Part shown: positions 59,422-64,000 of the stretch, piece by piece
Layout: each line of letters begins with the position of its first letter
How positions within the stretch are numbered: the first letter of the stretch is position 1
Source of the DNA: Nitrososphaeria archaeon
GTDB lineage: Archaea; Thermoproteota; Nitrososphaeria; JACIWG01
DNA length: 64,000 nucleotides
Reading direction: 5' to 3'
Assembly: GCA_963752255.1 (NCBI GenBank)
Contig: CAVVXT010000019.1
Location: 81,686 to 145,685 of the forward strand
Made by a program: the position numbers and the translations under genes
Notes under the pieces: model-generated
Database searches by the model: none
What the model was told of the DNA's origin: nothing
What the model saw: the letters and a program-made list of their open reading frames with translations, nothing else

Positions 59422-60333
59422 TCATCCTAACATTTTTAGGTGGTCAACAATTGCCTTAGAAGCGTCAACCCTGCTATACTCTGTCTGGATGGTATTTGTG
59501 GCAATAAGTTTTGTAACACCCGCCTGCGTCATCTTTTCCATAGCTCCAGCGACAAGAACCGGATGAACACACACTGCAGCGATATCTTTAACGCCAAAAT
59601 CACTTAGGACGTTTGCAGCCTTGGCGATGGTGCCCCCTGAGGATATCATGTCGTCAACGATGTATGCGGTTTTCCCTTCAAGACGCACCGACGGTGACCT
59701 AACCTTGATTCCGCCGGTTACACGGTCCCGTTCCTTTTCTAAGACGCAATAGGGTCTGTTGATAAACTTAGCAAAAGTCTCAACCCTTACAGAGCTACCA
59801 AAATCTGGGGAAACTATGAAGGCATCGGAAATTTTCTCATTCTTACTTACATATTCCGCTAACAGAGAAATTGCAGAAGAACTAAAGGCAGGGAATGGGA
59901 AAAGACCCAATCCTTCGACGTTGTGAATGTCGATCGTAAGCAGCCTTTTGATGTTTACGTTTGACATCAGATGACCTACAACCCTCAAGCTCATGATTTC
60001 TCCTGAAATAAATTCTCGGTGCTGTCTGGAGTAACCTAAATATGGGGAAACGGCGTAGACGATTGCACCTGACTCTGATAGCTTTTTTGCAAGAAAAAGC
60101 ATTTGCATAAGATGGTGGTCTACCGGGGGACTAAGAGACTGTACGAGGATTACTCTAAGGTCTTTCACCTCTGATATAAGCCTAAAATAGTTCTCACCAT
60201 CAGCGAACTCCTTAAACTCTACGTCGATGACATCGCAGTTCATTTGCTTGGCCATAGATCTCGCAAACTGTATCGACGCCGGACCAGGCAATATTGCGAA
60301 ATTTCCTAGGCTCATAGATAGCCCTATAAGCAA
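59422..60333 (-). CDS. prs: Ribose-phosphate pyrophosphokinase (PRPP synthetase)
   Basis: IVDDMISSGGT PRPP-binding motif and an overall Prs pattern. 303 aa. Confidence 0.85.
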   Translation of the reverse strand: MLIGLSMSLGNFAILPGPASIQFARSMAKQMNCDVIDVEFKEFADGENYFRLISEVKDLRVILVQSLSPPVDHHLMQMLFLAKKLSESGAIVYAVSPYLGYSRQHREFISGEIMSLRVVGHLMSNVNIKRLLTIDIHNVEGLGLFPFPAFSSSAISLLAEYVSKNEKISDAFIVSPDFGSSVRVETFAKFINRPYCVLEKERDRVTGGIKVRSPSVRLEGKTAYIVDDMISSGGTIAKAANVLSDFGVKDIAAVCVHPVLVAGAMEKMTQAGVTKLIATNTIQTEYSRVDASKAIVDHLKMLG

Positions 60334-60359
60334 CTTTTGAACTAATTAAGTATTAGGGT

Positions 60360-60857
60360 ATGATAAGGGAAGCCGAGTGTTTCGAAAGAATAGAAGAAGA
60401 TAAAGTAAAATGTTTTCTTTGCCCTCGAAAATGCACGATAAAACCTGAAAATACAGGCTTCTGCAGGGCGAGAGAGAACAGGAATGGAAAACTTTACACC
60501 CTAACATACGGTGAGACATCCTCTCAAAATATGGAACCTGTTGAGAAGGGCCTGTTTCACTTTTATCCAGGAACTCAAACCCTATCCCTATCGACCTTTG
60601 GATGCAACTTTACGTGTCCATGGTGCCAGAACTATAAAATCTCACAGACTGCAGCCAAAAATCTTGTCACCTTCAAAACTAAACCTGAAGAAGTTGTTGG
60701 CATGGCAAAGGAGTACGGAGCACAATCGGTAACGTACACATATAATGAACCGGTAATCTGGTACGAATTCATAAAAGATACCTCTAAGTTGAGTAAAAGC
60801 GAGAACGTAAAGAACATCCTAGGTAACAAACGGATATATAACAACAGACGCGCTTAA
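60360..60857 (+). CDS. AmmeMemoRadiSam-type (PFL-activase-like) radical SAM enzyme, N-terminal part
   Basis: CFLCPRKCTIKPENTGFCRAR then FGCNFTCPWCQNYKIS (CxxxCxxC). The track frame is lost after ...KNIL. Confidence 0.65.
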   Translation: MIREAECFERIEEDKVKCFLCPRKCTIKPENTGFCRARENRNGKLYTLTYGETSSQNMEPVEKGLFHFYPGTQTLSLSTFGCNFTCPWCQNYKISQTAAKNLVTFKTKPEEVVGMAKEYGAQSVTYTYNEPVIWYEFIKDTSKLSKSENVKNILGNKRIYNNRRA

Positions 60858-60882
60858 AGACTTCGTAGACTACATAGACGCA

Positions 60883-61401
60883 GTGAATGTGGATGTAAAG
60901 AGTTTCTCTGAAGAGTTCTATAGAAATTACTGTAGTAGTGAACTTGCTCCAGTTCTTGAGGCGGCAGAATATCTGGTTCAAAAGAATGTACACGTAGAAT
61001 TAACCTATCTAATAATTCCATTACTTAACGACTCACAGAAAGAGATAGGTAAATTCACGGATTGGGTGTTGAACCAACTTAAACCCAGCGTTCCGGTTCA
61101 CTTTGCTAGATTCTTTCCCATCTACAAAATGATTGATAAGCCTCCAACACCTGCTGACACACTTATGGCAGCCGCAAACCTCGCCTACGGAAAGGGTCTT
61201 GAATACGTATACGTCAAAAACGTTTTCTTTGAGGGATTAGAAGACACCCATTGTCCAAGATGTCATACCGTCTTAATCACTAGATACGGATCAAATGTTA
61301 TGGAAGTAAATCTAACCGAGAAAAACGAGTGCCCAAGTTGCGGCCTAAAAATACCAATTGTAGGTAAACCGAGGATCCCCCTGTTTAAGGCTACTGATTA
61401 A
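60883..61401 (+). CDS. Same radical SAM enzyme, C-terminal part
   Basis: The +1 frame from 60823 reads VTNGYITTDALKDFVDYIDAVNVDVKSF continuously into this ORF. An extra G in cctagg (60818-60823) splits the gene. Confidence 0.6.
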   Translation: MNVDVKSFSEEFYRNYCSSELAPVLEAAEYLVQKNVHVELTYLIIPLLNDSQKEIGKFTDWVLNQLKPSVPVHFARFFPIYKMIDKPPTPADTLMAAANLAYGKGLEYVYVKNVFFEGLEDTHCPRCHTVLITRYGSNVMEVNLTEKNECPSCGLKIPIVGKPRIPLFKATD

Positions 61402-61413
61402 GGAAATTGTTAC

Positions 61414-62562
61414 CTAAATTGGAATAACAGGTTCACCTTTGTCCATCACAAGCCTGCCATCGACGTAGAGACTTCCCTCGTCCATGAACTTTATCATATC
61501 AAGATGAGAAGACGCCCTATTTTTTCCATGATACGCTCCGATGTTGTTTCCAACTGCAATATGTACCGTACGGTAAATTTTTTCATCCACAATTATACTG
61601 CCGTTGGTGTATTTCGCCCCAGGATTGCAGCCGATTCCCAACTCTGCTATCCGATCCTTTTCACCGGAATTTGCGTCAAGGAATTTTACGAAATTTTCTA
61701 ACCCTCGTTTTGCAGTGAAATCCACGATCTTACCCCTATCAAAAGTAAGCCAGAGACCCTTTACCCCTCCAAACTCTGTTACAGCAACGTCTTCGAAGTA
61801 GATCTTCCCGTTTGCAGAGTCTTCTATCGGGGCGACAAAAACCTCACCCGATGGTATGTTCAGTCCGACATCACCGTTTAGCCTGTCTTCGTCAGATATT
61901 ATTCCATCGTCCACAAGAATCCTCCTACCCTTTATCCGGAAAGATAGATCCGTCCCATCGCCGGCTTTGATTTCTACGATATCATGTCCTAAAAGGGAGT
62001 CTTGATAATAGGTGCAGAGTCTCAACATCTTATTAGAAAAAGATTCCTTAAAGCTGTCAAAGAATATCTTCCTAAAACGCCTAACAGAAACCCCATAGCC
62101 TCTTGCTGCCCTCGGCAAGGGCCAACCAAAGTAGAGCCATCGAATCTTTCTATTGTCTATTGTCTCCCTGATCTGCTGCCTGACAGGTGCGTCAACTTTA
62201 AGTTTGTCAACAACATCTTTTGACCAGTTTGGATCATCGCTTTCTCCTATGAATATGTTAACATCGATAGTCTCAACTAAAGCTTTGTTGAGAGGATTCA
62301 TTTTCTTAAGCGAATCCTCGGGTGCAGTCTGATAGTACAGTTTGCTCCTGCTGTTAGCCTGCTGTATAAGAACGGTGTAGGCGCCTATTCTCCAACACTC
62401 TTCTTCCACCAGCGTCGCCATCTTAAAACAGGTAGGATCGATAGGATTATAGATGATCCTTACCGACTCAAATGTGCCATCTAGCCTTTTGCCGACTTTA
62501 AGGCTTTTGTTAACTATTTTTTCGGCTAAGGTCCTCAGTTCGGAATTTGAGATAGCACTCAT
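61414..62562 (-). CDS. Aminopeptidase, peptidase M29 (AmpS/AmpT-like) family
   Basis: An M29-like pattern (GLNIPSGEVFVAPIE ... ELGIGCNPGA). 382 aa. Moderate. Confidence 0.5.
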   Translation of the reverse strand: MSAISNSELRTLAEKIVNKSLKVGKRLDGTFESVRIIYNPIDPTCFKMATLVEEECWRIGAYTVLIQQANSRSKLYYQTAPEDSLKKMNPLNKALVETIDVNIFIGESDDPNWSKDVVDKLKVDAPVRQQIRETIDNRKIRWLYFGWPLPRAARGYGVSVRRFRKIFFDSFKESFSNKMLRLCTYYQDSLLGHDIVEIKAGDGTDLSFRIKGRRILVDDGIISDEDRLNGDVGLNIPSGEVFVAPIEDSANGKIYFEDVAVTEFGGVKGLWLTFDRGKIVDFTAKRGLENFVKFLDANSGEKDRIAELGIGCNPGAKYTNGSIIVDEKIYRTVHIAVGNNIGAYHGKNRASSHLDMIKFMDEGSLYVDGRLVMDKGEPVIPI

Positions 62563-62675
62563 AATCGGTTTTCAAAGCCGACTTGTTTAAAAGTATTTTC
62601 GAAAAAGTGCTTTCACATTATATTAGGATAAACGTTATATAACTTCACATCACATGTGTTCTGGACAAGATTATA

Positions 62676-63011
62676 ATGGCCGAAGAAATCGTTAACTTTG
62701 ACCCTTCAAACTTCAAGGAAGGGGTAAACGGTAAAGGCCATGTTTTAGTATATTTTTGGGCTCAGTGGTGCAACCCTTGCAAGCAAATGGCCCCAATTGT
62801 AGAGAAGCTAGCCCAGAAGTACAATGGCAAACTTACTGTGGGAAAAATGGATGCCGGAAAGTATTCAGAAATATTATCTAAATATTCGATATCGACGGTC
62901 CCAACTTTTATGCTCTTCGAAAACGGTATAATAATCGACTGCCTGATCGGAGCTGTCGGAGAAAGAGGGTTAGAAAATATGCTTAAAGATCATTCCATTA
63001 AAGCCGTTTAA
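62676..63011 (+). CDS. trx: Thioredoxin
   Basis: WAQWCNPCKQMAP (WCxPC active site). 111 aa. Confidence 0.9.
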   Translation: MAEEIVNFDPSNFKEGVNGKGHVLVYFWAQWCNPCKQMAPIVEKLAQKYNGKLTVGKMDAGKYSEILSKYSISTVPTFMLFENGIIIDCLIGAVGERGLENMLKDHSIKAV

Positions 63012-63018
63012 ACCCGAC

Positions 63019-63471
63019 TCAAAGATCCAAAAGAAACCTAATAACGAACTTCCCTTTAGCATCGTATATCTCCATTAAATGGTATGTCACCGCCTTGACT
63101 TCGAGTTTGGCCTTGTGCTTGCCTTCCAAGAACTTCTCACCCACACCTTTTGCGGTAAGAACGTACCCACTGTTAACCTTCACAATCTTTACCTCCAAAG
63201 AGTTAGGTAGGAATTCCTTTGTGGTAACTTTGACGAGAACCTGCTCCAAGAAGTTGTACAAAAGTGACTTTAAATCGAATCCTTCGACATCGAAGGTCTG
63301 CTCTGACACCCCACTTATCGAACTTAAGTCCACCATCAAGTCGACAACCGCCAGCCCAGCTCTGCTAAAGCACTCCTCCAAGCTTGCCCCAGTAACCTCA
63401 ACAAGTGCGTCTGAGACATGGTCAAGCATTTTATAGAATCGGGGCATCGGATACCAAGATGGTGGAGACAA
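63019..63471 (-). CDS. Archease (RtcB tRNA-ligase activator)
   Basis: LDHVSDALVEVTGASLEECFSRAGLAVVDLMVD matches the archease N-terminal motif (fEHTADigv.a.G.tlEelFe.aa.al.d.m). 150 aa. Confidence 0.75.
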   Translation of the reverse strand: MSPPSWYPMPRFYKMLDHVSDALVEVTGASLEECFSRAGLAVVDLMVDLSSISGVSEQTFDVEGFDLKSLLYNFLEQVLVKVTTKEFLPNSLEVKIVKVNSGYVLTAKGVGEKFLEGKHKAKLEVKAVTYHLMEIYDAKGKFVIRFLLDL

Positions 63472-63480
63472 TATTTATAC

Positions 63481-63487
63481 TTAAATA
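63481..63487 (+). promoter_or_regulatory. TATA box (TTAAATA) about 32 nt upstream of tRNA-Ser
   Basis: An A/T box at the expected distance from the tRNA 5' end. Confidence 0.4.
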
Positions 63488-63518
63488 CTAAAGTGATGGA
63501 GACAGAAAAAGGCATGAA

Positions 63519-63608
63519 GCCGGGATAGCAGAGTGGACCAATGCGCAGGCCTTGAGAGCCTGTCACTCCTTGTGGGTGGCGTGGGTTCAAATCCCACTCC
63601 CGGCGCCA
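63519..63608 (+). tRNA. tRNA-Ser (anticodon UGA), class II with a long variable arm; 3' CCA encoded
   Basis: Manual fold. Acceptor GCCGGGA/TCCCGGC, discriminator G then CCA. Anticodon arm CAGGC-CTTGAGA-GCCTG (U33, TGA). A long variable arm. T-arm GTGGG-TTCAAAT-CCCAC. Confidence 0.8.
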
Positions 63609-63721
63609 TTTTACTAGTAAAACTTTTTACTAGTAACACTTAATAATGATATTTGAATGATACCTATAGTTTCCTAATCCTGGGGAGTGGCCATAGAGGA
63701 CAATAAAAAAATCGTTTCATT

Positions 63722-64000
63722 TCATTGAAGCGGTTTGCCACACTCTGGACAGAACTTCGATGGGGAAGTAATCGCTGCGCCACAGTTCGGGCATGTCTTT
63801 CCCTGGCTCTGTTGACCCACCTGAGCGCCGCAGTTTGGACAGAACTTTGCGCCAGCTTGAAGAGTAGAGCCGCATTGGGAGCAGAACAGACCTTTCTTTG
63901 TCTGGCTTGCTGGTTGTGCTTGGCTGGCCCCGCAGTTGGGACAGAAAGAGCTGGTTACTGGAATTAGTGTTCCACAGTTTGAGCAGGACTTTGTGAGAGG
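63722..64000 (-). CDS. C-terminal part of a protein made of repeated CPxCG zinc-ribbon motifs; the gene continues beyond the window
   Basis: The minus-strand translation ...SCSNCGT ... FCPNCGASQ ... FCSQCGS ... FCPNCGAQ ... TCPNCGAA ... FCPECGKPLQ* ends at 63722. The region is locally GC-rich. Confidence 0.55.
   Translation of the reverse strand, partial: PLTKSCSNCGTLIPVTSSFCPNCGASQAQPASQTKKGLFCSQCGSTLQAGAKFCPNCGAQVGQQSQGKTCPNCGAAITSPSKFCPECGKPLQ

Noticed and set aside
20053-61401. A clustered AMMECR1-Memo-radical SAM system
   Set aside because: AMMECR1 and the radical SAM are about 40 kb apart, and no Memo is present. This is not a cluster, so only the component presence is reported.
63720-64000. 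Repeated about 20-nt motifs that might look like a CRISPR array or tandem repeat
   Set aside because: The repeats are imperfect, unevenly spaced and lie in a continuous minus-strand ORF. They encode repeated CPxCG zinc-ribbon units and are not repeat-spacer units.

Overview
This 64-kb window reads as a densely packed, mostly housekeeping stretch of an archaeal chromosome. It is AT-rich (about 40% GC). A eukaryote-type topoisomerase IB suggests a Thaumarchaeota/Nitrososphaerota-like (TACK) organism. RadA, ABCE1, the GPN-loop GTPase and an NFACT/Rqc2 homolog indicate an archaeon more generally. Identities rest on motifs I recognised in the ORF translations; no searches were run.

Genes I can support:
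- Translation and tRNA biology: ABCE1, AsnRS, ArgRS, a Trm5/Taw2-family enzyme, a CCA-adding enzyme, a 2'-5' RNA ligase (LigT/ThpR), RNase Z and archease. I also predict two tRNAs by manual folding: an intron-containing tRNA-Pro(GGG) and a tRNA-Ser(UGA).
- Nucleotide metabolism: PyrF, PyrC, PurA and PRPP synthetase.
- Cofactor metabolism: NAPRT, a type-II PanK-like kinase and CobO.
- Archaeal lipid synthesis: GGGP synthase, a Tes-like radical SAM enzyme and cis-prenyltransferase (UppS).
- Cysteine biosynthesis and sulfur mobilisation: CysE, CysK and an HTH regulator, followed by IscS, a MoeB/ThiF-like E1, TusA and DsrE.
- DNA metabolism: RadA, a P-loop-dead RadA paralog, topoisomerase IB and an NreA-like protein.
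- Three tandem CBS-domain proteins.
- Class I fumarate hydratase alpha and beta subunits.
- S-layer-like Asn/Ser/Thr-rich glycoproteins.

The most notable observations are these:
1. An 11-bp palindrome (TAACAnTGTTA) abuts the TATA box of cysK, cysE and the adjacent small HTH regulator. This looks like an autoregulated cysteine regulon.
2. A co-oriented cassette encodes cysteine desulfurase, an E1-like enzyme, TusA and DsrE, with no visible sulfur-carrier or thiolase gene.
3. A RadA paralog has a destroyed Walker A motif and a translationally coupled small partner.
4. A tRNA-maturation neighbourhood surrounds the tRNA-Pro, which carries a 16-nt intron at position 37/38.
5. At least five genes are broken by single-nucleotide frameshifts at homopolymer runs. 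One SDR gene carries three in-frame stop codons but no indel.

The frameshifts point to homopolymer sequencing or assembly errors, or to recent gene decay. I found no CRISPR array, obvious mobile element or integrase. Many ORF-track entries are antisense or overlapping artefacts, and several of its 'M' starts are really TTG or GTG codons.
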